A DNA stretch of 64,000 nucleotides from an uncultured Chloroflexia bacterium (GCA_963810095.1 CAWEMM010000006.1:1760001-1824000); one strand, 5' to 3'. Positions 40,866 to 51,172 are shown, counted from the first letter of the stretch. Notes: generated from the sequence alone by a model not told the origin. Translations and numbers: made by a program.

Positions 40866-42110
40866 CTATTCGTAGCGCAACGCTTCGATCGGATTCAAGC
40901 GGGACGCCCGGGTCGCGGGATAGATGCCGAAAAAGAGCCCCACTGCGGCCGAGAACCCGGTGGCGAGCAGCACGGACTGGACCGTGACGACCGCGACCAG
41001 GTCGGTCTGCAGCTTGGAGATGGCGACCGCGCCGCTGGCGCCCAGCGCAATCCCCAGCAGGCCGCCGATGAGGGCCAGGACGACGGACTCAATCAGGAAC
41101 TGGAGCAGGATGTCGCGACGCTTGGCCCCGACGGCCTTGCGCAGCCCAATCTCACGGGTGCGCTCGGTCACCGATACAAGCATGATGTTCATAATGCCGA
41201 TGCCGCCGACCAGCAGGCTGATCCCGGCGATCGCGCCCAGGAAGACCGTCAGGACGTTCGTGATTTGGCCGAAGATCGACAGCAGGTCCTGCTGGTTGAT
41301 GACGGTGAAGTCGTCCTCGTCCTGGTAACGGATGTCGTGGCGTTGGCGCAGCAGGTCGGAAATTTCCTTCGAGGCCTGGGCCATGCGGTCCTCGCTCACC
41401 ACTTGCGCGTAGACCACGGAGAGCGTCTGTTCGCCTTTGCGATTGTGGAACCGCGGGAACAGGCGCTCGTGCGCAGTCGACAGCGGCACCATCACCACCT
41501 CATCCTGATTGCCGCCCGGTCCACCCGTGCCGCCCTTTTCCTCGAGCACGCCAATCACCTTGAAAGGGATGTTGTTGATTTTGATACTTGCCCCGACCGG
41601 GTACGCGCCGGCCTCGTCGAAGAGGCGTTCCGCGACCCGACTGCCAATCACGGCGACCCGGCTGCGCGCGTTGATGTCGCCGTCGTCGATAAAGCTACCG
41701 AATTGGACGGTCCGGTTGCGCACTTTCGCATAGTCGGGTGTCACACCGGACACGGATATGCGCAGTGAAGTTTTGCCGCGGCTGACGTCCGCGTTCGACA
41801 GGATCTCGGGTGCGACGGCCACCACGTCGGGCACGTTGAACGGATCCGCGATGGCCTGGGCATCTTCCAGCGTCATGCCCGTGCCCGAGCGGAGCGCGTT
41901 GGCGCCCAAGTTGCCGGGCACCACAAAGAGGAGGTTTGTACCGATGCTCTGCAATTGGGAGCGCACCAGGTTCTGCACGCCTTCGCCCACAGATAAGAGC
42001 GTGATCACGGCCCCGACGCCGATGATGATGCCCAGCATGGTCAGGGCGGAGCGCAGCTTGTTCACGGAGAGTGCGCGCAGCGCGAGGCGGATTTGTTCGA
42101 CGACGTTCAT
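40866..42110 (-). CDS. ABC transporter permease (MacB/FtsX-like)
   Basis: RSALTMLGIIIGV and GGIGIMNIMLVSVTERTREIGLRKAVGA. Confidence 0.95.
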   Translation of the reverse strand: MNVVEQIRLALRALSVNKLRSALTMLGIIIGVGAVITLLSVGEGVQNLVRSQLQSIGTNLLFVVPGNLGANALRSGTGMTLEDAQAIADPFNVPDVVAVAPEILSNADVSRGKTSLRISVSGVTPDYAKVRNRTVQFGSFIDDGDINARSRVAVIGSRVAERLFDEAGAYPVGASIKINNIPFKVIGVLEEKGGTGGPGGNQDEVVMVPLSTAHERLFPRFHNRKGEQTLSVVYAQVVSEDRMAQASKEISDLLRQRHDIRYQDEDDFTVINQQDLLSIFGQITNVLTVFLGAIAGISLLVGGIGIMNIMLVSVTERTREIGLRKAVGAKRRDILLQFLIESVVLALIGGLLGIALGASGAVAISKLQTDLVAVVTVQSVLLATGFSAAVGLFFGIYPATRASRLNPIEALRYE

Positions 42111-42133
42111 GTGCTATTGCTCATTACAGTCCA

Positions 42134-42964
42134 TCAGCAGCCGTCCGGCCGTCCGAGACGACTTTGATACGCAGAATCGCCGGCCATCCGCGGCGAATCG
42201 TTGACCTCGTCCGACCGGATCACACCGTCATAAATGTGGACGGCCCGCCGGCAGTGCTCAGCGATGTCGGGTTCGTGGGTAACCAGGATCACCGTGATGC
42301 CCTGCTCCACGTTCAGGCGCTGGAAAATGCCCATGACCTCGGCGCCTGCCTTCGAGTCCAGGTTGCCCGTCGGCTCGTCCGCAAGGATGATGCGCGGATC
42401 GTTGACCAGTGCCCGCGCGATGGCGACCCGCTGCTGCTGGCCGCCCGACAGCTCGTTGGGCCGGTGGTGCACCCGGTCCTGCAGGCCCACCAACTCCAGG
42501 GCAGACATGGCGCGCTCGCGGCGGTCGCGGGGCCGCGTGCCCGAGTAGACCAGGGGCAGCTCGACATTCGCGAGCGCGTCGGTGCGCGCCAGCAGATTGA
42601 AGCTCTGGAACACGAAGCCGATGCGCTTGCTGCGGACCTCGGCCAGCCGGTCGTCGTTGAAGCGGCTCACATCCGCTCCGGCAAGCCGGTAAACGCCCGA
42701 AGTGGGCTGGTCGAGGCAGCCGATCACGTTCATCAGCGTTGACTTGCCCGAGCCAGACGGCCCCATAATCGCGATCATCTCGCCCTGGCAGAAGGAAACC
42801 GTGACCCCCCGCAGGGCACGTACCTCGATGGCCGCCGCGCCGGGCGGGCCCATCCGGTAGACCTTAGTAATGTCCTGCAGCTCGATCACCGGGCCCCCGG
42901 CAGGGGTCGCTGCGTTGACGACTGCCGGCTCAGTGTGCGCAATTTGGGTCATCTGCGGATTCAT
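42134..42964 (-). CDS. ABC transporter ATP-binding protein (MacB/LolD-like)
   Basis: [17 protein letters not shown] and DEPTGNLD. Confidence 0.95.
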   Translation of the reverse strand: MNPQMTQIAHTEPAVVNAATPAGGPVIELQDITKVYRMGPPGAAAIEVRALRGVTVSFCQGEMIAIMGPSGSGKSTLMNVIGCLDQPTSGVYRLAGADVSRFNDDRLAEVRSKRIGFVFQSFNLLARTDALANVELPLVYSGTRPRDRRERAMSALELVGLQDRVHHRPNELSGGQQQRVAIARALVNDPRIILADEPTGNLDSKAGAEVMGIFQRLNVEQGITVILVTHEPDIAEHCRRAVHIYDGVIRSDEVNDSPRMAGDSAYQSRLGRPDGC

Positions 42965-44432
42965 CAGCCACCACCGAACAAGCTGCGCAGCTGTTGTTGC
43001 CCCGAGCGGTTTTGGATGGCGAGCGTATCTCCTTCGGCGACGCCGCTGCGCACCTCGCTGAACTGCTCGTCACGCAGCCCAATCTGCACCTCGGTCTTGA
43101 CCAGCTCTGAGCCGGCCACTCGCTCCACGAATGTCTTACCGGTCTCGCGTTCCAGCTGCACCGCTCGGTTCGGGACCAACAGAACGTTGGGCCGTGTGTC
43201 GGCGATGATGGTCGCGGTCGCGCTCATGCCGCCCAACAGCGGCGCATTCGTTGGATCGAGGTCGAGGCGGACGGCATAGGAGACCCCCCCGGTGGCGCTC
43301 GTGGTGGCCGCAGGGGAGATTCGGCTCAGCTTTCCCGTGAGCTTAGTATCGGGCAGCGCGTCGATCTCCACCTGGACGGGTTGGCCTGACCGGATGGCCG
43401 CGACGTCGACTTCGTCGACCTGGACGTCGAGGTGAAACTGGCTTGTGTCAGAGAGCCTGACGGCGGGTTGGGCGGGCGCGGCCTGGGCGCCCTGGACGAT
43501 GCTCACTTGGGTGACGACACCGTCCCACGGGGCGACGAGACGCGCGTTTTCGAGGCGCCGCTGAGCCACCTGCAGGCTGAGCATGGCCTGGTCCACCCCG
43601 GCCCGAGCGGCGGCGAGTTGGCCTTGGGAGCTGCCCCGCTTGAGCCGGTCGAGGTTGGCCTGCGCCTGCGCGACCTGCGCCTCAGCGGCCGTGACCTGCG
43701 ACTCGGCGCTCGTGACCTGTGACCGCGCGGCCTCGACCTGGGCGCCGGTCACCGATTTCTCTGCCGCCCGGTACTGCGCCTCGGCGGTTTGCAGCGCGAT
43801 CGTGGCGTTTTGAAGTTGGACGCTTTGGGGCAGCAGGCCGACGTCGGGCCGGTCCTTCACCTTGTCGTACGCCTGCTGAGCCTGCTGAAGCTGGACGCGC
43901 GCCTGGTCCACCTGGGCCTGGACCGATGCAAGCGTGTCCTTGTCCGGACCCTTCAGCGTCTGCTGGTAATTCGCCTGCGCGCTCTTCAGGGTCTGCTGCG
44001 CGCCTTAACCGCCTGCTGCCCACTGGCGAGCGCGGCCTGCGCGGCGGCGAGGTCGACCGTGTTAGCGGCTTCCTGCAGCTGCTGGAGCTGGGCTTCAGCC
44101 TGTTTGATGCTGACCTGTGCCTGTTTTTCCGCCAGTTCGAGATCGGTCGTATCCAGAGCTGCCAGCACATCGCCCGCCTTCACAGCCTGGCCGACGTCCA
44201 CTTTTACTGTGTCGATGGTGCCGGACGCGGCGAATGCGAGGTTGACCTCGCGCTCGGGCAGCACCAGCCCGGTCGCGCTGACCGTCGCGGAGATATCTCC
44301 CCGGGTCACCTTCACCGGTTCGTAAGCGGGGGCTGCCGCGGCCGCCTGGCGTTTCTGATATTCCTGGTATCCAAAATAGCCCGCAGCGCCCAGCACCGCG
44401 AGGACGAGGACAACTATGAACAGTTTGCGCAT
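42964..44432 (-). CDS. Membrane-fusion (RND/MacA-type) adaptor; apparent frameshift near 44003
   Basis: [21 protein letters not shown] in one frame; coiled coil and LVAPWDGVV in another. Confidence 0.85.
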
Positions 44433-44637
44433 GAAACCGCCTGTTTGGAAGCAAAAGAACCTGGAGTGCATACACTTTGCACAACCCTAATGATATTACC
44501 CCAGGCTCGCTTGCTCCGCAACGTACATTACCGGACCGCGATTTGGTTTTCGGAACTAGCCAAGCGGACGCTCAATCTGCCTCTGCAGCGAAGGAAGTAC
44601 GAGGCTCGTGAAATCCGTGGCGGCCTGGTCTTTGCTC

Positions 44638-44676
44638 TTGTCAAGAGTTGCACAAAAACTGCACGTGTGCTAGAAT
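44638..44676 (+). promoter_or_regulatory. rex promoter with overlapping Rex operator
   Basis: TTGTCAA-GAGT-TGCACAA (44638-55; consensus TTGTGAA-N4-TTCACAA) overlaps TTGCAC-17-TAGAAT. Confidence 0.7.
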
Positions 44677-44786
44677 AAAGTTCCGGAAGCACAAGCACTA
44701 CGCGAGCGTATCACACGTGGTGTTACAGACAGGGTGCGACCCGGTGGTAACCGGCAGGCGGTTTGCCTGCACCTGGAGGGAGAGCA

Positions 44787-45419
44787 ATGGCAAAGAGGAT
44801 GATCCCGGACATCGTGATCGGCCGGCTGCCTGTTTACTTGCGCGCGTTAGGATTTCTGATTGCCGAAGGGCGGCAAATCACCTCGTCGCAGGAGTTGGGC
44901 GACCGCCTCGGCATCTCGTCGGCGCAGATCCGCAAGGACCTGTCCCACTTTGGCGAGTTTGGCAAGCAGGGCACGGGCTACGACATCAATTTCCTGTACG
45001 AGCAGTTGCGGACCATTCTCAAGGTCAACCGGATGTGGGACGTGGCGCTGGTGGGCGCCGGCAACCTCGGCAAAGCCATCGCCGACTACGGCGGCTTCAA
45101 GGGCAAGGGCTTCCACATCCAGGCGATCTTCGACATCAAGGATGAGAAGGTCGGGACGCCGATGGGGATCGACAACATCGTCGTGCAGCCGGTCAGCGAG
45201 CTTGCCGAGACGATTAAGTCGAAGGGCGTCACGGTTGGCATTATCGCCGTGCCCGCAGAAGAGGCCCAGGCGGTTGCGCGGACGATGGTCGAGGCGGGCG
45301 TGAAGGCGATCCTTAACTACGTGCCCATCACACTGACCGTCCCCAGCAACGTGCGCGTCCAGTACATCGACCCCGTTGTCGGCCTGCAGCGCATGACGTA
45401 TTACCTGCCCGAGAAGTAA
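44787..45419 (+). CDS. rex: Redox-sensing transcriptional repressor Rex
   Basis: RLPVYLR, AQIRKDLSHFGEFGKQGTGY and VGAGNLG. Confidence 0.96.
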   Translation: MAKRMIPDIVIGRLPVYLRALGFLIAEGRQITSSQELGDRLGISSAQIRKDLSHFGEFGKQGTGYDINFLYEQLRTILKVNRMWDVALVGAGNLGKAIADYGGFKGKGFHIQAIFDIKDEKVGTPMGIDNIVVQPVSELAETIKSKGVTVGIIAVPAEEAQAVARTMVEAGVKAILNYVPITLTVPSNVRVQYIDPVVGLQRMTYYLPEK

Positions 45420-45425
45420 GAATAG

Positions 45426-45512
45426 TCCGCTGATCGAACGGATCGAACTGATTGACCTGATCTTCAACTTTGGAAGATCACGAAGATCAGTTCGATCCGC
45501 TTAATCACGGGG
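45426..45512. repeat. 9-nt-period inverted repeat (family B) after rex
   Basis: tccgctgat|cgaacggat|cgaactgat|tgacctgat ... atcacgaag|atcagttcg|atccgctta|atcacgggg. Confidence 0.7.
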
Positions 45513-45551
45513 CGATTCGAGATTCCGCCCGCGTTCCTCTCCTCAGGACAC

Positions 45552-45593
45552 ATGACCCGCATCATAGCGTGACGCGGCCTCAGATGCTATAGT
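45552..45593 (+). promoter_or_regulatory. CRP-family box ATGAC-CCGC-ATCAT at about -41.5 plus extended -10
   Basis: Box 45552-65 centred 29.5 nt before TGcTATAGT (45588-93). Confidence 0.6.
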
Positions 45594-45658
45594 ACTCCTA
45601 TTGCCAGAACTCATTTTCCAGGCCGGCCGGGTGGCCAGCCCGTCACGGAGATTTCGCT

Positions 45659-46096
45659 ATGTCCGCCAAGCATCTGGTGGTTGATATCATGACCCGCAAC
45701 CCGGTGACGGTCACGCCACGGAATGCGATCCGCACAGCGATCAACCTGATGCGCGAAGGCGGATATCGCCGGCTTCCGGTGGTCGATCGCGGGCGCCTGG
45801 TTGGCATCATTACGGATCGGGATCTGCGCCGTGCGGCGAATTCCCCCTTCGTCGTTCGCGAGCAGTGGTACGACAACTTCATTCTGGACCACATCGAGGT
45901 CGGTTCGTGCATGACGCCGAACCCGATGACGATCGAGCCCGGTGCGTCGATCGCCGAGGCCGCGCGCCTGATGCGCAACCACAAGATCGGCGGCTTGCCG
46001 GTGGTCGCCGAGAGCCAGCTTGTGGGCATCGTCACCGAGACCGATCTGCTTGATTTCTTGATTGAGACGCTTGCCGCCGAAGTGGCCCCCGTCTGA
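45659..46096 (+). CDS. CBS-domain protein (AcuB-like)
   Basis: IMTRNPVTV, RRLPVV..GRLVGIITDRDL and IGGLPVV..LVGIVTETDLL. Confidence 0.9.
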   Translation: MSAKHLVVDIMTRNPVTVTPRNAIRTAINLMREGGYRRLPVVDRGRLVGIITDRDLRRAANSPFVVREQWYDNFILDHIEVGSCMTPNPMTIEPGASIAEAARLMRNHKIGGLPVVAESQLVGIVTETDLLDFLIETLAAEVAPV

Positions 46097-46135
46097 AAAA
46101 CCCGCAACGGGCACGGCCAGCTAACCCTACACCCA

Positions 46136-46170
46136 GCGCCTGCGCCCTTGACGCAGGCGCCTGTTTCTTA
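46136..46170 (+). terminator. Hairpin terminator after the CBS gene
   Basis: GCGCCTGCG-CCCTTGA-CGCAGGCGC then CTGTTTCTT. Confidence 0.55.
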
Positions 46171-46254
46171 TCCGGGTCACACCTGTCGCGGCGAGACCGT
46201 CCGGAGACAGGTGCGCAGGGACGAGAAACTTGTCCGACCTAGGAATACACCCAA

Positions 46255-48066
46255 ATGTTTAGTCGCGCGGATTTAATCTTTCTACATGCCCCCAGCGTGT
46301 ATGATTTTCGAAAGCACTCCATTCTGTATGGCCCGGTGAGCGACCTGGTTCCCTCGACCCCCGTGTTCGAGATGTACCCAATCGGCTTTACCACCATGGC
46401 AGAGTATCTCGAGCGGCACGGACACCGCGTCCGCATCGTCAATCTCGCCGTCCGCATGCTTAAGGACGAGCGCTTCGACCCCGAGGCGTTGGTCAAGAGT
46501 CTCAACCCGGTAGCGTTCGGCATCGATCTGCACTGGCTGCCCCACGCGCACGGTGCGCTCGCCGTCGCGGAGATGGTGAAGAAACACCACCCCGACACGC
46601 CGATCATCTTCGGCGGTTTCTCGTCGACTTACTTCCACGAGGAACTGATCCGCTACCCGTTCGTCGATTTCGTAATCCGGGGCGACTCGACCGAAGAGCC
46701 GCTGCGCCAGTTGATGGACATTCTGACGGGACGCGGCCAACGGGGCGAGGCAAAGCTCCGCACGCTGGCCCAGATCCCAAACCTGACGTGGAAGGATAAA
46801 TCGGGTGAGGTCCAGGTCAACCCGCACACCTACCGGCCGGATAACCTCGATAACGTGATGCTCGACTACCGGTACGTCGTCCGCGCCGCAGTGCGTGACC
46901 TCGACATGAGCAATTACGTGCCATTCAAGGACTGGACCGACTACCCGATCATGGCGGCATTGTCGTGCCGCGGCTGCACCCAGTCGTGCGTAATCTGCGG
47001 GGGCTCGGGCGCGGCATTCAAGAAGATGCACGGCCGCGACAAGCCGGCCTTCCGCGATCCGGACCTGCTGGCCGCGGACGTCCGGCGCATCAGTCGCATG
47101 AGCGCAGGCCCCGTGTTCATCCTGGGCGACCTGCGGCAGCCCGGCCGCGACTATGCCCGCCGCTTCTTCGATGCGATGAAGGGCTTCGACGGCCCCATCA
47201 TCACCGAGTTGTTTTCGCCTGCGTCGCGCGAGTTCCTGGCCGACATGGCGAAAGCGATGCCTAATTTCACCCTGGAAGTTTCGCTCGAAAGCCATGATCC
47301 GGTCGTCCGCAATGCGTTTGGGAAACATTACGGGAACGAGCCGATGGAGCGGACGCTGCAGGACGCGCTCGATGTCGGGGCGCAGCGCCTGGACGTGTTC
47401 TTTATGTCGGGTTTGCCCCAGCAAACGGCCGCTTCGGTTTTGAAGACCGTGGACTATTGCGAGGACCTGATCAAGCGCTTCGGGAAAGACGGCCGGCTCG
47501 CGCCGTTTATTTCACCCCTGGCGCCATTCCTCGACCCCGGCAGCCGAGGGTACGAGGAGCCGGCAGTGCATGGGTACAAGCTGTTCGCACACACACTGGA
47601 AGAGCACCGTCATCTGCTTGTTGCGCCCAGCTGGAAATATGTGCTCAATTATGAAACGGAATGGATGGACCGCCACCAGCTCGTGGACGCGACGTACGCA
47701 GCGGGCAGGCGCTTGAACCAGATCAAGGCCGAGTACGGCCTGGTGCCCCGGGCGCAGGCCGCCGCTACTGAGCAGCGCATTGACTGGGCGGTGCGACTTA
47801 TCACCGAGATCGACCGCCTGATGGTCACGACGACGAAGGATGAATTCCAGCGCGAAATGGCGCGCTTGCGGCCCGAGATCGAGCGGGCAAATATGAGCAC
47901 CGTGTGTGACAAGCGCGAACTGAACATAGATGTGAAGGGCCCAAAGTTGAACTATGGGCAAGTCGCGGATATGATAGTGAGCGACGCGGCGCAAGTGGTC
48001 AGCCGCGCTCTTACCGCGCCTTTCCGGCGTCCGGCTCCAGCCCCGGCGTCAATCGAAAACGAATAA
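46255..48066 (+). CDS. B12-binding radical SAM protein (TIGR04190-like)
   Basis: LHAPSVYDFR..GPVSD.VPSTPVFEMYPIGF, GIDLHWLPHAHG, RGCTQSCVICGGS and SPLAPFLDPGS. Confidence 0.85.
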   Translation: MFSRADLIFLHAPSVYDFRKHSILYGPVSDLVPSTPVFEMYPIGFTTMAEYLERHGHRVRIVNLAVRMLKDERFDPEALVKSLNPVAFGIDLHWLPHAHGALAVAEMVKKHHPDTPIIFGGFSSTYFHEELIRYPFVDFVIRGDSTEEPLRQLMDILTGRGQRGEAKLRTLAQIPNLTWKDKSGEVQVNPHTYRPDNLDNVMLDYRYVVRAAVRDLDMSNYVPFKDWTDYPIMAALSCRGCTQSCVICGGSGAAFKKMHGRDKPAFRDPDLLAADVRRISRMSAGPVFILGDLRQPGRDYARRFFDAMKGFDGPIITELFSPASREFLADMAKAMPNFTLEVSLESHDPVVRNAFGKHYGNEPMERTLQDALDVGAQRLDVFFMSGLPQQTAASVLKTVDYCEDLIKRFGKDGRLAPFISPLAPFLDPGSRGYEEPAVHGYKLFAHTLEEHRHLLVAPSWKYVLNYETEWMDRHQLVDATYAAGRRLNQIKAEYGLVPRAQAAATEQRIDWAVRLITEIDRLMVTTTKDEFQREMARLRPEIERANMSTVCDKRELNIDVKGPKLNYGQVADMIVSDAAQVVSRALTAPFRRPAPAPASIENE

Positions 48067-48113
48067 CGTGGGGCAGTGGCAACGATAGAGCTTGTCCCAA
48101 GGAGGTGACAGGT

Positions 48114-48386
48114 ATGGTCAAAGGAACGGTCGCGATTGAGACCGATCGCTGCAAAGGATGCGAGCTGTGCACCCGGGCGTGCCCACAAGACATCCTGTCC
48201 ATGAGCCGCTCGAGTTTCAACGCCCGCGGTTACCGGCCCGTCGTGCTGGTCGATCCGGACGGCAAGTGCACCGGCTGCGCGCTGTGTGCCTTGATGTGCC
48301 CGGACGTCGTGCTGACGGTTTACCGGTATGATTCCCGGACGGCCGAGCGTGAGCGCGTAACACCCTCACAACAAGTACTAGCGTAA
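48114..48386 (+). CDS. 2-oxoacid:ferredoxin oxidoreductase delta subunit (2x4Fe-4S)
   Basis: CKGCELCTRACP and CTGCALCALMCPD; AAGGAGG RBS. Confidence 0.9.
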   Translation: MVKGTVAIETDRCKGCELCTRACPQDILSMSRSSFNARGYRPVVLVDPDGKCTGCALCALMCPDVVLTVYRYDSRTAERERVTPSQQVLA

Positions 48387-48401
48387 ACGGAGGCTTTTTC
48401 C

Positions 48402-49499
48402 ATGGCAAAGGAGCTTTGGGAAGGCAACCAGGCGATTGCCGAGGCCGCCATCCGCGGCGGAGTCGAAGCCTTCTTCGGCTACCCTATTACCCCACAGACC
48501 GAGCTACTCGAATACATGTCGGCGCGGATGCCGGAGCTTGGTCGCGCCTTTTTGCAGGCCGAGAGTGAGGTTGCGTCAATCAACATGGTGTATGGCGCAG
48601 CCTGTGGCGGCGTGCGCGCGATGAGCTCATCGTCCAGCCCGGGCATTAGCTTGATGCAGGAAGGGCTCTCCTACATTGCCGCATCCGAGGTGCCGGCGGT
48701 TCTCGTCGACATCATGCGCGGCGGCCCGGGCCTGGGCAACATCCAACCCAGCCAGTCAGATTACTTCCAGATGACCCGTTCGGCGGGCCACGGCGACTTC
48801 CATCCTATCGTGCTTGCGCCGGCGACCATCCAGGAAGCCGTCGACATCATGTACGACGCTTTTCCGCTGGCCGAGAAGTACCGCACCATTGTGATCCTGG
48901 CGGCGGACGGCTCGCTGGGGCAGATGATGGAGCCTGCGGAGATGCCGCCCATGCGCCAGCCCCTGACCGAAGCGGAGCGCGGCGACTTTGCGGTGCGCGG
49001 CAACAAGGGCCGCGAGCGCCGTATCATCACGTCGCTGTTCCTGCAGGAGCCGCTGCTGGAGGCGCTCAACCGGCGGCTGCAGGCCAAGCTGGAGACGATC
49101 CGCGAGAACGAACAGCGCTGGGAGGAATACCAGGTCGAGGATGCAGAGTATCTGCTGGTCGCGTACGGCACCGTTGCCCGCACCTGCAAGACTGTGATCA
49201 AGGAAGCGCGCAAGGAAGGGCTGCGGGTGGGACTGTTCCGGCCGATCTCGCTCTGGCCGTACCCATACGAACACCTGGCGCGGGTGGCCGAGGGAAAGCG
49301 CGCGCTGCTGACCGTCGAGATGAGCGCGGGCCAGATGCTCGAGGATGTGCGACTGGCCGTGAAGGATCGCGTCCCGGTGGAGTTTTACGGCCGCATGGGC
49401 GGGGTCATGCCGCTGCCAGACGAGGTTCTGGAAGCCCTGCGCGGCGTCGCGTTCACCCACCGGCCCGTCGAGTTGGGCGTGGAGTCGCGCTATTGGTAG
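48402..49499 (+). CDS. vorB: 2-oxoisovalerate/2-oxoacid:ferredoxin oxidoreductase alpha subunit (VorB-like)
   Basis: [26 protein letters not shown] and [11 protein letters not shown]. Confidence 0.88.
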   Translation: MAKELWEGNQAIAEAAIRGGVEAFFGYPITPQTELLEYMSARMPELGRAFLQAESEVASINMVYGAACGGVRAMSSSSSPGISLMQEGLSYIAASEVPAVLVDIMRGGPGLGNIQPSQSDYFQMTRSAGHGDFHPIVLAPATIQEAVDIMYDAFPLAEKYRTIVILAADGSLGQMMEPAEMPPMRQPLTEAERGDFAVRGNKGRERRIITSLFLQEPLLEALNRRLQAKLETIRENEQRWEEYQVEDAEYLLVAYGTVARTCKTVIKEARKEGLRVGLFRPISLWPYPYEHLARVAEGKRALLTVEMSAGQMLEDVRLAVKDRVPVEFYGRMGGVMPLPDEVLEALRGVAFTHRPVELGVESRYW

Positions 49500-49514
49500 C
49501 GGGAGACGAAATGG

Positions 49515-49602
49515 GACGCAGATTGAACTGATCGGAGTGATCTACCGGATCTCTTTCAAGCGGATCGGGCGGCGCAGTCTGGTCGGGCAGATCACCGTTC
49601 TA
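49515..49602. repeat. 9-nt-period repeat (family B) between alpha and beta subunit genes
   Basis: gacgcagat|tgaactgat|cggagtgat|ctaccggat with a degenerate right arm. Confidence 0.6.
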
Positions 49603-49618
49603 TTAGGAGGTGTCAAAG

Positions 49619-50440
49619 ATGACCATATCACAGGAAGGTAACGGCACCGGGCGGGTCATGACGCCCGCCGAGATCATGGAGCAGGGCCAGGTTGTGTATA
49701 AGCGGCCCGATGCCATGACGGAGAACATCACCAATTACTGTCCCGGCTGCACGCACGGCATTATTCACCGCCTCATTGCCGAGGCGATTGATGAGCTGGG
49801 CATTAGCGAGCGGACCATTATGGTGGCCCCGGTCGGCTGTTCGGTGCTGTTGTACAACTACTTCCAGACCGATTCGGTCGAAGCCGCGCACGGCCGCGCG
49901 CCGGCCATGGCGACCGGCCTCAAGCGGACGCAGCCCGACAAGATCGTGATTACCTACCAGGGCGACGGCGACCTGGCCTCCATCGGCGCGGCCGAAATCC
50001 TGCACGCAGCGAACCGCGGCGAGAACATCTCGGTCTTCTTCGTCAATAACGCGGTCTACGGCATGACGAGCGGCCAGATGGCGCCGACCACGCTGGTCGG
50101 CCAAGTCACGACCTCCTCTCCGCTGGGCCGCGACGAGAAGCTGCACGGGTATCCCATGCGCATGGCGGAGATCATCGCAGGTTTGGCGGGCACATCCTAC
50201 GCTGTGCGGCGGACGGTGTACGACACGAAGACAATCCGCCAGGCCAAGAAGGCAGTAGTGACCGCGCTTAAGGCGCAGGTGGCCGGCCTCGGGCTGACCC
50301 TCGTCGAATTCCTGAGCAGCTGCCCCACCAACTGGCACATGTCGGCCCCCGATTCGCTGACCTGGATTCGCGACGCGATGGTGCCTTACTTCCCGCTCGG
50401 CGATTTCAAAGTGACCGACGAAGTGAAGGCGCTCGGATGA
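49619..50440 (+). CDS. 2-oxoacid:ferredoxin oxidoreductase beta (TPP-binding) subunit
   Basis: YCPGCTHG, HGRAPA and QGDGDLASIG..NNAVYGMT.GQ. Confidence 0.92.
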   Translation: MTISQEGNGTGRVMTPAEIMEQGQVVYKRPDAMTENITNYCPGCTHGIIHRLIAEAIDELGISERTIMVAPVGCSVLLYNYFQTDSVEAAHGRAPAMATGLKRTQPDKIVITYQGDGDLASIGAAEILHAANRGENISVFFVNNAVYGMTSGQMAPTTLVGQVTTSSPLGRDEKLHGYPMRMAEIIAGLAGTSYAVRRTVYDTKTIRQAKKAVVTALKAQVAGLGLTLVEFLSSCPTNWHMSAPDSLTWIRDAMVPYFPLGDFKVTDEVKALG

Positions 50441-50445
50441 ACGGC

Positions 50446-50499
50446 AACACAAAGGCACACAGAGACAAGGAAGACGTTGTGTCGCGGTGTCTTTGTGTT
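50446..50499. repeat. 8-nt-period inverted repeat (family A)
   Basis: AACACAAAG GCACACAG AGACAAGG...CGTTGTGT CGCGGTGT CTTTGTGTT. Confidence 0.7.
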
Positions 50500-50525
50500 A
50501 AGCGTCCCCTGGCAAAGGAGCCACG

Positions 50526-51077
50526 ATGAACGAGGAGATCATCTTCTCCGGTTTTGGCGGGCAGGGCGCCCTCTTCGCCGGCCAACTGCTGGCGTATTCT
50601 GCGCTCGACAGCGGCCTGCACGTGACCTGGATCCCTTCCTACGGGCCGGAGATGCGCGGCGGCACCGCGCACTGCACCGTGGTTATTTCCGACGAACCCA
50701 TCGGTTCGCCTTCGGTGCGCCACCCGCGCTCGGTGGTGGCCCTTAACCTGCCTTCGTTTGAAAAATACGAGCCGTTGATCAAGCCCGGCGGGTTGATGGT
50801 GTACAACGAGTCGCTGATCCCGGCGAAACCAAGCCGTACGGATCTTCGTTACATTGCAGTACCCGCCAACGACATTGCCGACGAACTGGGGAATGTGCGT
50901 ATGGCGAACGTGGTGTTGCTCGGCGCATATTTCGCGACGACAGGAACGATGGCGCTCGAGACGGTAGAGAGCGCGCTCGATTTGCACCTGGGCGAGCGCC
51001 AGCGCAAATACCTGGGCGCGAACAAGCAGGCCCTCCGCCGCGGCGCAGAAGTCGTCTCCGCGGGAGAACCCGCTTAA
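50526..51077 (+). CDS. 2-oxoacid:ferredoxin oxidoreductase gamma subunit
   Basis: SGFGGQG, PSYGPEMRGG and ANVVLLGA. Confidence 0.92.
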   Translation: MNEEIIFSGFGGQGALFAGQLLAYSALDSGLHVTWIPSYGPEMRGGTAHCTVVISDEPIGSPSVRHPRSVVALNLPSFEKYEPLIKPGGLMVYNESLIPAKPSRTDLRYIAVPANDIADELGNVRMANVVLLGAYFATTGTMALETVESALDLHLGERQRKYLGANKQALRRGAEVVSAGEPA

Positions 51078-51134
51078 CACAAAGACACAAGGACACAACG
51101 GCGCAGAGACTTCGTGTCTTTGTGCCTTTGTGTT
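51076..51134. repeat. 8-nt-period inverted repeat (family A) overlapping the gamma-subunit stop
   Basis: acacaaag|acacaagg|acacaacg...cttcgtgt|ctttgtgc|ctttgtgtt. Confidence 0.75.
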
Positions 51135-51172
51135 GTTAGTTTGTACACCGTCCTCAACAAGGAGGTTGAGTC

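Noticed and set aside
43660-43755. 21-nt periodic repeat in the adaptor gene
   Set aside because: Ordinary coiled-coil heptads ([21 protein letters not shown]).
44466-44484. Second Rex box before the exporter operon
   Set aside because: Only one half-site (TGCACAA) matches.
46136-46250. Cobalamin riboswitch before the B12 radical SAM gene
   Set aside because: Only two simple hairpins; no B12-box consensus is visible and the region is short.
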